A stretch of DNA of 64,000 bases from positions 1,641 through 65,640 of IMG/VR virus record IMGVR_UViG_3300020452_000320; one strand, written 5' to 3'. The position numbers and the translations under genes are program-made. Each line of letters opens with the position of its first letter. Within the stretch, counting starts at the first letter, position 1. The notes beneath the pieces are model-generated. The model did not search any database and was not told where the DNA came from. It saw only the letters and a list, made by a program, of their open reading frames with translations. The DNA comes from a virus (taxonomy: Duplodnaviria; Caudoviricetes). Positions 49,601 to 59,400 of this stretch are shown one piece after another.

Positions 49601-50688
49601 TTCGTTGAAGTACCAGTTGGAACGAGAAACAAAAATTGTGGCGTACCATCAGATGTACTACCGCTTGATGGCATTGAATTTACAAATACTTTTTGTATAC
49701 TTGAACTACTATCATCATTTCCCCAAAGATAAGCAACATAATTTTTTCCATTTCCATTTGTTAACAATTCTTGAGCATTTCCATTACTGCCTGATTGATT
49801 ACTTGCATCTCCTACAGTAAAATGAGTAGTTGTAGGAGCAATCAGTGTAGATCCATTTCCAAGATTAACATATGCATCTGCTGTGCCACCACCAGTACAT
49901 ACAGGATATCTACCAAATTTTGCATTAACATTCATACTTGCAGGCCAAGTACTCATTGTAGTAGTTTGATTTCCTACATTCCAATGAATAGCATCTTTAT
50001 TATCAGATAAATTTTTTATGAACATGAAAAGTGGTTGTGATCCTAGTCCATGAGCAATTTGTCTATTTAAATTTCCATCGCCTGTGTATGTGACAATATC
50101 AAAAAAGTGCTGTTTGACTCTCCATGTCCATGCCATATATTCAACACCTCTGGTATTAAAACAACCAGCTGATGTACTACCAGTACCATATCCTTCGGAA
50201 ATACCAATTCTAAAACCATTAGTTGTATATTGAAACCAGTTGGAATCATTATTTGGTTGTACTTCGGGGTGTGCATTATTTAACTGCCAAAATTTAGAAT
50301 TGCCCCTTACAGAATCAAACATTCCGCCTCTCATCTCATTACCACCAGTTGTTCCTAAAAACCCCCTAATCCAAGTCATAGAATTATTATTTGCTAAATC
50401 TATACCCAGATCAAACTCTCTAGGATAACCAGAACCAGTGTATCTTGTTGATGCCCAATATTGATCAGTGTCTAAACTAGAAGAACCTCGTAGATCAACT
50501 CCAGTTTCTAATCTTTTATGTTGTCCAACTGCAAATGTATTTATTAAATGACCACCAGTAGTATAATTATAATTACCTTCTGCGGCATCATTAGTGTAAC
50601 TGGTTACATTAAAAATATTATCAACATTATTTTCTGCTTGATCTTGATTAGCACTAGCAGAAGAAAGTAATTTTTTAACTCCACTCAC
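46627..50688 (-). CDS. Large repeat-containing receptor-binding protein (RBP3)
   Basis: Repeated FFDxxxYTGxG...I(A/S)HxLGxxP...YVAYLW units; terminal YIFLAIA. Confidence 0.75.
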   Translation of the reverse strand: MSGVKKLLSSASANQDQAENNVDNIFNVTSYTNDAAEGNYNYTTGGHLINTFAVGQHKRLETGVDLRGSSSLDTDQYWASTRYTGSGYPREFDLGIDLANNNSMTWIRGFLGTTGGNEMRGGMFDSVRGNSKFWQLNNAHPEVQPNNDSNWFQYTTNGFRIGISEGYGTGSTSAGCFNTRGVEYMAWTWRVKQHFFDIVTYTGDGNLNRQIAHGLGSQPLFMFIKNLSDNKDAIHWNVGNQTTTMSTWPASMNVNAKFGRYPVCTGGGTADAYVNLGNGSTLIAPTTTHFTVGDASNQSGSNGNAQELLTNGNGKNYVAYLWGNDDSSSSIQKVFVNSMPSSGSTSDGTPQFLFLVPTGTSTNTSSWGRSSTILDKKMGMTNSTRYIQGAENMENGKVTYHGNTVNMLSFVDRNSTGVGLGTDGGTTYAVTSANPIGGGSGEQLAQILVLDPKNTYDNANDNAGLIFISNRRRHNHLGTGLPSGANQLTNNAYKWNDTRIFSTLDTRRDSSRKQYCALGNYRSFTTVSSGSASLYGSSGGESDGIQYIDKTGMGLGDQIQTTKDGRFVAVTIKKSHKFFDAFKYTGNGSNNFNRQISHNLGVTPAMIWIRHHTNNVTAPTFMWHKDMPNHFATVDHESSFQTPNFQNPGSGNQLYGNEIFGGTSSSLGTPTEDYIVINGDWTNNSQSAASASGMNVNGVIYEVYLFADQPNTGNIATGSYIGNGAGLTNYPTIGSQSNIDDNNATQHYGTETSGVNVDLGWEPQFVMIKAMTTSGEWIMLDTTRGWDRNEGNVLSLSRRNTNGNIGHYFDREFTHTHGMVGFPHARGFEVRGTGLNSDYRSWSGETQEWSRNWNKSGERYLYFAVRRPRKVPTAGNEVFATARGSADPHNTASIYSSKGEYKDFVQSDKQRDSYNSGVQDNGKWMGTTAFKPHENNHLVPITFKPDVVILSNVNHPANNASHHHIYTRLTGKIGHELGRLDSNPQYLNNGSNQGDLYNPFDGNGFGEIGTAGSGSLQSFYAKWTTNPNPSGSFQQSGTNQSEAQNYAMMFQRAPGFMDVTVDKITGQSGTLNSSSDVLTTKHNLGVVPEMIISKVFRPTIDSQYVQNAVGGGHPDKRWLGFDVRHKDMTNGLNDRMMINAGWGAWDKSMNINGNSTYNYGGYYADSSQSSNNTITTDNYGTVAHGSHTIGTVTASNSDLVYTGVDGTSGNIPKPTNQTNFYVQRIMFATLAGVSKVGYYLGTGTTTVNVNCGFSGGARFIIIKREDAAGNWYMFDAGNAGGYGTEGIATGNDMFTVLNQDHAHKTGVDVIDPYSQGFAVPANSYTNGTNQYSSSVAAAPINVNGARYIFLAIA

Positions 50689-51242
50689 GTTTTTAAATCC
50701 TGTCCTAATGTAAATGCATAAATTGTTGCTCCACCATCATGAGTATAAAATCCAAAAATATCATGAGCTCCATTTAAAGAAGTTACTGATGGTGCATTTA
50801 CTGTACCCCCTGCCCATTTGAACACATGACTTCCAGAGTTTGGCCAGTTAATGGAATATGGTGTTCCAGTTGCTGGTTGATGTAATTTTAAGGTAAAATA
50901 AAATGAAGTTCCATCTCCAGTATTTGGAGTATTATCTGGTGCAGGCACATTAGATAAACTAACTCCAGTAACATTACTAGCTAATGTATAATAAAAATTA
51001 TTACCTTTATCGAAATCTAAATTTAAAGTTGAGCCTGATAAGGTTGCAGTTTGATAGTTTTCTACAATACCACCACTTCCTTTTAAATCATTTGCAAAAT
51101 CAAACGCAGTTGATAATGCAAGTTTTGCTGGTGTTACATTTCCATCTTGTATTTCAGCAGTTGTAATTGCATTTGCAGCTACATCTTCTGCAACAATAAC
51201 ATTTGCACCGATTGCTCTTGAGTTAATTTTTCTAATAGGCAT
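50685..51242 (-). CDS. Fibre adaptor protein A3
   Basis: AITTAEIQDGNVT repeats; C-terminal domain LDFDKGNNF...DIFGFYTHDGG...GQD. Confidence 0.65.
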   Translation of the reverse strand: MPIRKINSRAIGANVIVAEDVAANAITTAEIQDGNVTPAKLALSTAFDFANDLKGSGGIVENYQTATLSGSTLNLDFDKGNNFYYTLASNVTGVSLSNVPAPDNTPNTGDGTSFYFTLKLHQPATGTPYSINWPNSGSHVFKWAGGTVNAPSVTSLNGAHDIFGFYTHDGGATIYAFTLGQDLKT

Positions 51243-51280
51243 TTTCTTTTATCCTGTTTTTATCTATTTATTCAATAGTT

Positions 51281-51748
51281 TTAACTTGGGTATGTTGGCC
51301 AATCTTCATCTTTTAAATTAGGCCAATTTTTATGTTTTGGAATATCTCTTAAAGTTTGACGATATGTTTTCATATCATCTGACATAGTTAAATCAGAAGC
51401 AGAAGTCCAATCAGTTTCTGATAATCTTTTATTTCTTTTATTTCTTAAAGCTTTTGCTGTTTCTTCATCTAATGTTTTTAGATATTCAGTTTCGTCTGCT
51501 TTTTTAGAAAATTTATTTACTTCTGTCCATGAATAAGAATATGTTCCATCTTTATTTTTAGAAAGACTTCCTTGTTTTGCAACTTTTAAATTACTGGAAG
51601 GAGTAGGTTCTGTCGGATTTGTAATCAAACTCCAACCAAGATTATTTGCAATTTCAATGTTTTCAGAACTAGGCATAATTCTTCCTTCATGTATTGATCT
51701 TATTTCATTCCAGTTTTTAATTTCTTTTGTTTTTTCGTTGTAAAACAT
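51281..51748 (-). CDS. Tail fibre assembly chaperone-like protein
   Basis: RNKRLSETDWT...YRQTLRDIP...WPT. Confidence 0.75.
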   Translation of the reverse strand: MFYNEKTKEIKNWNEIRSIHEGRIMPSSENIEIANNLGWSLITNPTEPTPSSNLKVAKQGSLSKNKDGTYSYSWTEVNKFSKKADETEYLKTLDEETAKALRNKRNKRLSETDWTSASDLTMSDDMKTYRQTLRDIPKHKNWPNLKDEDWPTYPS

Positions 51749-51757
51749 TACTTTCTC

Positions 51758-54175
51758 CTATGCCCAAGCTGCAAATATATAATGGTCACTTGTTCTATTT
51801 ATTTTGTCATCTGAACTTTTTATTTGAAACCCAGTAGTAGTTTGATCTATTATATCTGCATTATTATAATTAGTTGAACCTACAGAGTCATTCCATTTGG
51901 TTTTGTTTATACCACTAGATGAACTATCAGTTCCAGTTGAACCAACATAAACTCCAGCTGCAGCTGCAGTTGGGTTTATTCCTGTGGCAGCACTATAAGA
52001 AGTTTCTGCAAAATCGTCATTACCACCAGTAGTAGAATTTACACTAATCCAAAGCCAAGGTGATGTTCTAGAACAGTTTTTAATCATTACCATTCTTGCA
52101 CCATTAGTAAAACCACAATCAATATTTTTTGTAGATTGTCCATCTCCTGTATAAACACCTATTTTACTAAGTCCAGGCACAGTTGCCCAACTCCACGCAA
52201 TATATCCACCACCACTTTCATTTGGACTAAACCCATTATCATTATTATATGGGCCATCATGAAGAACATTTCCAATGTAAAAATACGATATACCTGATGA
52301 ATTTGGATTGGTAGGAGCTCCCCAATTTGCCCATTCACTTGTTCCCCAAAAATTATCTTCTCTTAATCTTGGAGCGTTATTTCCAAGATTAAGTAAATAA
52401 TCATTTGTTCCATAGGATTGACCATATGCAATATCTTTATGAAACATAAGTGTGTGTGAAAAGTGATTAGTACCACTTGCATGATTTTTTATTTGTTTTA
52501 CAATTACCATTTCTGGTTTTACACCTAAACTTGTTGCAATACTACGATTACTTACACCATTACCACGATAATGTTCAAAAGAGTGATAACCAAACTTTTT
52601 TGTCCACATACCAAGTGAAAATTGATTTCTAGCTGTTTGACCAGCAGTATTATCAAAATGCCAATTTGTAGGCCAATAACCTGGCCTTCCAACCCATTCG
52701 TCCGAATGATTAGTATTCCAATGATAACCTGTAAATGGATAATCATATAAGCTTGTTGCATTATATTGATTATTATAATTTATGACAGCTCCATTCCATG
52801 ACATAAATTGAGAACTGAAAAGTAAATCTCTGTAACCACCAGTATTAGGAAAATTACTATAATTAAGTTGTTGTGTTGGTTTAATATGTAATGCAGTATC
52901 TACTCTGTTAGTTGTACTAAATCCAGAAGTTGAATTTGCTCCTGTTGAAAAAACGGCAGATTTATTTTCTGGTAGTTTTGTACCCTCATCATCACGAACC
53001 ATTAAATGCATTATAGTTTGACCACTACCACCTACAGTTTTTTGCATAGTTCCGCTATGAAACAATTGTAATTGAGTTGCAGCTGTCATTTCTAAAAATT
53101 TAACATCACCAAATTCATCTTTTCTACCAGTTCTTGAATGAAAAATTTTTACACGATCATCAACTGATGCTCCATTATGAGCACCATGATTAGATACAGT
53201 ATGCATTCCATTAAATTTATCAGTTTGACAAAAATAACCATCATCATTATAATTTTTCCAAGCAATATATTGAGATCTCCATGGCGTGTTTATTGCATCT
53301 CCATTTGTAGGATTGCTACCACTACCACTTGCAGTATGATATCCACATTGAATTTTAGAAATATGATCACCACCTATACCAGTATCGTGACCCCAAAGAT
53401 AAGCAATATATTCTATACCATTATCATTTAGAGTAGTTTCATTAGCAGATGGTACTGCTCCACCAACACTAAAGTTTGAAGCAGTTGGTGCAGTTTGAGC
53501 CCAAGCACCTGTACTTGACCAAGACGTATTTTTTAAATGATGGCCATAAAGATGAGGATTAACTCCACCAGCAGATCCTCTATGATAACACATAAATTCA
53601 GAATTAGTTGAAATAGCTTTGCACCATATCATACCAGGCGCAGATCCTAGTCCATGAGCAATTTGTCTACTTGATGCTCCATTGCCAGTATATTTTACAA
53701 CATCAAAAAAATGTTTTGCCCTTCTCCAAGAATATGCTGTATAAATGTGTTGCATATTGGCAGTGCTGTTGCCTTGATAGACTTCATTTATATTTCCAGA
53801 ATTACCAAGAGTAAATCCATAATGACCACTTTGTGTTACAAATCCTGTTAAAGAATTTGTTACTTGTGTAGATATATTTTCTGTGCCTGTATATGCATTA
53901 CTTGTATATCCAGAACCAGCAGAAGTTCCTAGAATATCACCCTTTCCATTAGATATTTCGTATGTTGCACCTCTTTCAGTATCATAGTAATACCACATAC
54001 CATCTTCTATAGCATTTGTGATTTGAACCATTCCGCCATGTGTTCCAATATCTACACCAGTACTGACAAAGTTAATTCCACCACGATAGTTGGTGATATT
54101 AAAAACATCACTTACTTCTCCATCTTGCAAAACACCAGAATGTGCTTGTTGCATTCTTCTTGCGATTGTACTCAT
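51758..54175 (-). CDS. Repeat-containing receptor-binding protein (RBP2), paralogue of RBP3
   Basis: FFDVVKYTGNG...IAHGLGSAP...YIAYLW; SKIGVYTGDG...IDCGFTNGAR; terminal YIFAAWA. Confidence 0.75.
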   Translation of the reverse strand: MSTIARRMQQAHSGVLQDGEVSDVFNITNYRGGINFVSTGVDIGTHGGMVQITNAIEDGMWYYYDTERGATYEISNGKGDILGTSAGSGYTSNAYTGTENISTQVTNSLTGFVTQSGHYGFTLGNSGNINEVYQGNSTANMQHIYTAYSWRRAKHFFDVVKYTGNGASSRQIAHGLGSAPGMIWCKAISTNSEFMCYHRGSAGGVNPHLYGHHLKNTSWSSTGAWAQTAPTASNFSVGGAVPSANETTLNDNGIEYIAYLWGHDTGIGGDHISKIQCGYHTASGSGSNPTNGDAINTPWRSQYIAWKNYNDDGYFCQTDKFNGMHTVSNHGAHNGASVDDRVKIFHSRTGRKDEFGDVKFLEMTAATQLQLFHSGTMQKTVGGSGQTIMHLMVRDDEGTKLPENKSAVFSTGANSTSGFSTTNRVDTALHIKPTQQLNYSNFPNTGGYRDLLFSSQFMSWNGAVINYNNQYNATSLYDYPFTGYHWNTNHSDEWVGRPGYWPTNWHFDNTAGQTARNQFSLGMWTKKFGYHSFEHYRGNGVSNRSIATSLGVKPEMVIVKQIKNHASGTNHFSHTLMFHKDIAYGQSYGTNDYLLNLGNNAPRLREDNFWGTSEWANWGAPTNPNSSGISYFYIGNVLHDGPYNNDNGFSPNESGGGYIAWSWATVPGLSKIGVYTGDGQSTKNIDCGFTNGARMVMIKNCSRTSPWLWISVNSTTGGNDDFAETSYSAATGINPTAAAAGVYVGSTGTDSSSSGINKTKWNDSVGSTNYNNADIIDQTTTGFQIKSSDDKINRTSDHYIFAAWA

Positions 54176-54193
54176 GTATTAGTCCTATCATAA

Positions 54194-54607
54194 CTATGCA
54201 ACAGCATTGACAGCCAAAGCACCATAGAAAATTGTATTACTTACTTCATCTTTATAAAAAGTATAAATGTCTGTTTCACCATTTGCCATAATTGTAGGAT
54301 TATCACCATCTGCAAACTTTACAGTAAATGCACTATTATTTGTAAAATCTATGTTAAAGGCTCCATTGGAATTGTTTCTTGTAATTCTCATAGTAAATCC
54401 CATTGCTTTTCCAGAGGGTATATTTTGAAAATTAAATCTAGTTTCATTCTGTGTTGCCGTAACATGAAATACATTTCCAGCTGATAAGTCAACATTTATG
54501 GTATCTGGACTACTACCACCAGCAGTAAGTGCAACTGACTTTTCTACTATTGAATCATCATGTACAATATCTAATGATACGGCTGGTTCTGTTCCTATAA
54601 ATGGCAT
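54194..54607 (-). CDS. Fibre adaptor protein A2
   Basis: MPFIGTEP N-terminus; VDLSAGNVF...DIYTFY domain. Confidence 0.65.
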   Translation of the reverse strand: MPFIGTEPAVSLDIVHDDSIVEKSVALTAGGSSPDTINVDLSAGNVFHVTATQNETRFNFQNIPSGKAMGFTMRITRNNSNGAFNIDFTNNSAFTVKFADGDNPTIMANGETDIYTFYKDEVSNTIFYGALAVNAVA

Positions 54608-54616
54608 TTTATCTTC

Positions 54617-54916
54617 CTAACTAGGTTTAGTTGGCCAATCAGAAGATTCTAAATTAGGCCAGTTTTTATGTGTTGGTAAATCTCTTAGAGCTTTTCTATA
54701 CGTTTTCATTTTTGCAGACATGGTAACATCTGAATTTGCTGTCCAATCAGTTTCTTGTAAGAGTTTATTTCTTTCTGCTCTCATTTCTGATTTTTGCATT
54801 TCTAGTATTTCAGCATCTATTTTTGATTGTGAAGGACGATATTGACTTGAATGCCTTGGATCATTTTCATAAACTTCCATAATTTCGCCGTCTACAATAA
54901 TTTTTTCTGTAGCCAT
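54617..54916 (-). CDS. Tail fibre assembly chaperone-like protein
   Basis: RAERNKLLQETDWT...YRKALRDLP...WPTKP. Confidence 0.75.
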   Translation of the reverse strand: MATEKIIVDGEIMEVYENDPRHSSQYRPSQSKIDAEILEMQKSEMRAERNKLLQETDWTANSDVTMSAKMKTYRKALRDLPTHKNWPNLESSDWPTKPS

Positions 54917-55875
54917 TATGTCGCTCCTATTCTTAATACTCTATAAGTTCCAGAAAATGTATTACTTGTTAAATTATTATCTATAATTTTAAATGATGTT
55001 ATGTCATTATAAGAACCTGTGGAACTATGAACGGCGCCTTGTGTTTCAGTATATCTTGAATATGAGGATGTACTATTACCATCCCAAAAACCCCATGCTC
55101 TAGACCAATATCGTACTCTTTTCCAAATATGAGTGCCTGTGCCTACTTTTGGTTGTGTAATATAAACATCAAATGTCGTACTAGTTTGGTTACTAGTATT
55201 ACCAACTTGACTTACTGGCATAGAGTGAGCAAGAGCACCACGATCCACATTATTATAATTATTAATTACCCAAGTAGTAGAATTACCATCAATTTGCCTT
55301 CTATAGTGAACAACTGGATTTTCTACTGTGCCAGCTCCAGCACCATAATAAAATTGAATTGCTGGAGTTATAGTAAGATTCGTTGAACCTTCTGTTCTTA
55401 AATTAAATAATAAAAGTCTATACAAATAATTTTGATCAAATGATTGAGTAATAGAAGTTACACTAGAAAAATTACCACCAGCTACCTCTTCCCATGCTCC
55501 ACTTCCAGGCAAACTACTAAGTTGTGACCAAATTAATCCACCAGGCTGACCAGAGTCAGCTGACAAAACATAGTTATTTGTTGGAGCATTACCAGCGTGT
55601 AATTTTGCTTCACTTACTGCTTCGCTTGCAAGTTTTCCTTGTGTAACAGCTAAATTATTAATTTTATTTGTAGTAACTGCATCATTATTTAATTTTGCAT
55701 CTGTAACTGCACTAGCATTTATCTTTGCAGTATGCACAGAGTTATCTACAAGTTCAGTGGTATTGATTGCATTGGGTGCCAATTTTGCATTAGTAACGGC
55801 ATCATCTACAAGGTTATCTGTACTTACTGCATTATTTTTTATTACATTTACTGGTTGTTTTCCTAAATAAGGCAT
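54916..55875 (-). CDS. Short fibre protein with 10-residue AVTxAK repeats
   Basis: MPYLGKQP N-terminus; DAVTNAKLA/SAVTDAKLN/DAVTTNKIN repeats. Confidence 0.65.
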   Translation of the reverse strand: MPYLGKQPVNVIKNNAVSTDNLVDDAVTNAKLAPNAINTTELVDNSVHTAKINASAVTDAKLNNDAVTTNKINNLAVTQGKLASEAVSEAKLHAGNAPTNNYVLSADSGQPGGLIWSQLSSLPGSGAWEEVAGGNFSSVTSITQSFDQNYLYRLLLFNLRTEGSTNLTITPAIQFYYGAGAGTVENPVVHYRRQIDGNSTTWVINNYNNVDRGALAHSMPVSQVGNTSNQTSTTFDVYITQPKVGTGTHIWKRVRYWSRAWGFWDGNSTSSYSRYTETQGAVHSSTGSYNDITSFKIIDNNLTSNTFSGTYRVLRIGAT

Positions 55876-55884
55876 CTTAATTTC

Positions 55885-56394
55885 CTATGAAAGAGTGGGC
55901 CAATCTGATTCTTTTAAATCAGGCCAATTTGAGTGTGTCGGTAAATCTCTTAAAGCTTGTCGATATGTTTTTACTTTTGCACTCATTGTTATGTCTGATA
56001 GTCCATAATGATCTGTTTGTCTTAATAACAAATCTCTTTTTGCTCTATTTGGAACTTCAAACTTATCAGTAAGACTTTTTATATATGCATCATCTTGAGA
56101 TTTTTTTGTTACTGTTTTTCCGTCTGCATCTTTATATGATTTATGCCTATTAACAATTAACCACTTTTTTACCCATTGGTTTTGGTCATTTTTTTCTATT
56201 CCTTCAAAAGAAAGAACTTTTAAATTATCAAAAGAAGGCTGTGGCACCTCTCCATTATATAAAACTTCCCAACCAAAATGCTTTGCAATATCATCTGATG
56301 GAGTTTTTGGAAAACTTGTAGTTGGATTCTGATTTACAATATCAGACCAATTTGCAGTTATCTTTGTTTTTTCATTATAGTATTCTACCATCAA
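55885..56394 (-). CDS. Tail fibre assembly chaperone-like protein
   Basis: RAKRDLLLRQTD...YRQALRDLP...WPT. Confidence 0.75.
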   Translation of the reverse strand: MMVEYYNEKTKITANWSDIVNQNPTTSFPKTPSDDIAKHFGWEVLYNGEVPQPSFDNLKVLSFEGIEKNDQNQWVKKWLIVNRHKSYKDADGKTVTKKSQDDAYIKSLTDKFEVPNRAKRDLLLRQTDHYGLSDITMSAKVKTYRQALRDLPTHSNWPDLKESDWPTLS

Positions 56395-56411
56395 TTTCTC
56401 CTAATCTATTC

Positions 56412-56419
56412 TATTTATA
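56412..56419 (-). promoter_or_regulatory. T4 late promoter
   Basis: TATAAATA overlapping the RBP1 stop. Confidence 0.6.
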
Positions 56420-59400
56420 CTGCATCCCATTCCATTTTGGATTGAGGCATATTTCCACAGACAGTTCTATAAAATTTTACATGACCAGAATTTGAATTAC
56501 TTGCTTGTGAAGTGTAAAGACCACCACTCCAAGTAGCACTTGAATAATTTGAATTGAAAACAACTTGTAAAATTCTAAACTGAAGAGTTGATGCACTAGC
56601 ATTTTCATAGTCCAGTATGGCCCATATCTTTCCAGTAGAAGTTACAACCATTTGTTTTATCTGTTTGTTATTTGGATTTACACTTGAAGGAGCTTCAAAA
56701 GGCTGACCACTTCCAGAAGATGTATTAAGAATAGTTTTTGTTCCTAAGTTAATTCCAAGAAATCCTGCTTTAGCATAACCACTATCTTGTTTTGGTAAAC
56801 AAAGTATTCCGCCTGGAGCAACACAGGCAGCCCAATCTGAATTTTTACAACCTTCTGCTGTTCCTATTTTTGTATTACTTCCACCTATAACATTATTATA
56901 ACTGTTTTGTCCAGACTCACATTGACTTACATAATGAGTTACAGTATTTGTATTATCATTTGCAGTAGTGTGTTCTGGTTCAGGCATATAAACATATGTT
57001 CCTTCATTATATGTTGTTACACCATGAAATGCACCTTTATAATACCAAACACATCTAATACCCTCTTCATTGTTATCTGAACTTACTGTTACTGTTTGAC
57101 TAGTTTTTAATTTTACTTGAGCATGATATAAACGATCAGCTTTGGCTGAAGGGGGAATACTAGTATGGTGATTTGTATTAGAATCCCCATAGCCTGGACT
57201 ATCATACTGAGCAACATTATAACCGAAAGAACTTCCAAGACCTGTTCCCCAAGAGGGTAACGCACCTATTCTATTTTGACCATGAGGATAACCACCATGA
57301 TTTTGCCTATATCCACCATTACTATTGTCATATGGGTGTGTATTACCATCAATAGTCATACCAGAAAAATATACTTGAGAACCTCTATTTGGTAATGTAG
57401 GATCAGCTATATCTTGATTAACTGAAGTACTTTTTCCATTTAAAGTAACATTTCTTACTTCACCAGCTAAAATTCCATGTTTTTCCTGTCCATTAGGTCT
57501 ACTACTATTAAAACTACTACACCAAGGAATTAAATATACATTATTAGCTTCATTAACTGCTGATTCCCAATTGCCTGAACCACCATATATTGCCCCATAA
57601 TTTTCATCTTGAGCACATCTAGGAGTACTGTTAGCACCAGTAGAGCTAGGTAGACTATAATCAGTTCCAGGCCAAGCACTGCCACTATGCATATTTCCTA
57701 CTCTCAAGGAGCTCATGCTATTAGCTGGTACTGCTACTACTCTTGAAAAAATCGCATTTGGAGTGGCAGTATTAGTAACTTGTTGAAAATTATAAGAATC
57801 TCCACTATTAAAATCTCTTCTTCCTACACAAATAACATTATCTCTTTTATTATCATAAACTAAATTTACCTCACTCCAAAATCCAGTATCACCAGCATTA
57901 TTAACGGCGGTATAACCAGCATAATTATTACCGCCCCAGCCACCACTGTCAACATTAGTATGACCACTAAAAAGACCATACCAATACATTTCTCTATGTT
58001 GTGGATAAGTGTAGTTTGGATTAGCACCAGCACTATCTGCTAATTTCATATCATTAATTTTATGTGGGTGGGGCCCTGTTACTCCAGCAACTAATTCAGT
58101 TCCATCTGTTCCAGTATGAAATCTAATTAAAGTATGACAAGACGCTAAAGTATGGTAACTTCCATTGTAAACTGTGGCCTTTAATGCTAAATATACTCTA
58201 CTGTCATCACCATAAATCATGTCAAAAGTAGTATCTCCCACACGATCATATCCTACATCATGGGAAATTGGTGAAGAGTTTGTCACAATACTTGTATTTG
58301 CTCCCTCACTAAAAGTTATAGATGGAAAGAACTTTCTTTTATCTACGCTACCGCCGCCCGATACACCAGTTTGAGCAGTAAGGTTAGCATTCGGATTTAT
58401 TAAAGAATGACCAGTATTAAGTGCATGAGCTCCTTGATTTGCAAAATCGTTTGATGTTATATTACTTCTAGTATTTGGATTAATTGCATATATAGTCGTA
58501 TTTTCTCTAAGATAAATGGTATCTGCTGGAACATCTTGCATATAAGAATGTCCTTGATCTAACCATCTAGTTTTTCCTAGAGCTCTAGAGTCATTAAAAG
58601 TTTTATCATTTAAACTAATATTGCCTGTAATACCACCAGTTTGATAGTATATTCCAGTTCCACTATTTAATGATCCAGGCACAATTATACTATCACCCCA
58701 AGAAATAGATCTTCTATCAAAATTATTTGCATCTGGTTGACCAATATAAAGTTCATGCATTCTAAACCCACCATGAGGCGATATTTGAGTAGTAGATTCA
58801 TTCTCTGTAATACCAAATATTCTTCCACTTTTTGTTTGAACAAAGGTTTCAAGATGTTTATTATTCGGATTATTTGCTAGTGGTAAAAGTTCACAAACTG
58901 CATCTGCTGAAAGAGCTGCTTGTGCTTGTGATCCAAGATTGTTATAATAATCCGCTGCTCCTGTATGCTTTGACACATAATGATTTGGGTTTCTTCTATC
59001 TATATCTAATATCTGTACTCCAGCACCACTATGAGTGCTTGTAAAATCTGGAAATGCAGTATTGTTACGATCATAGGTATTACTAAAATTTGGGGAGCCC
59101 AAATATCTAGTTATTAAAATACCAGAGTGTTCGCCTGAAAGCATTGTTCTGTTTATAGAACCACCACCGCCAGCATATCCTTTACCATACTGAACTGGTT
59201 TATGACCATCTTCTGGTAATATATGAAAATAACCATCACCAGCGACAATAATAAACTGCCCAGGCGTATTATTACTTGTATTACCAGGCCTGTAATACAT
59301 ATCTCTAATACCACCTATAGTACCAGAAGTATATGTAGCTTTCCAACTGGTCACATTGCTTGTAACACCATGTGGGTAATTTTGACCTCTCATTTCAGTA

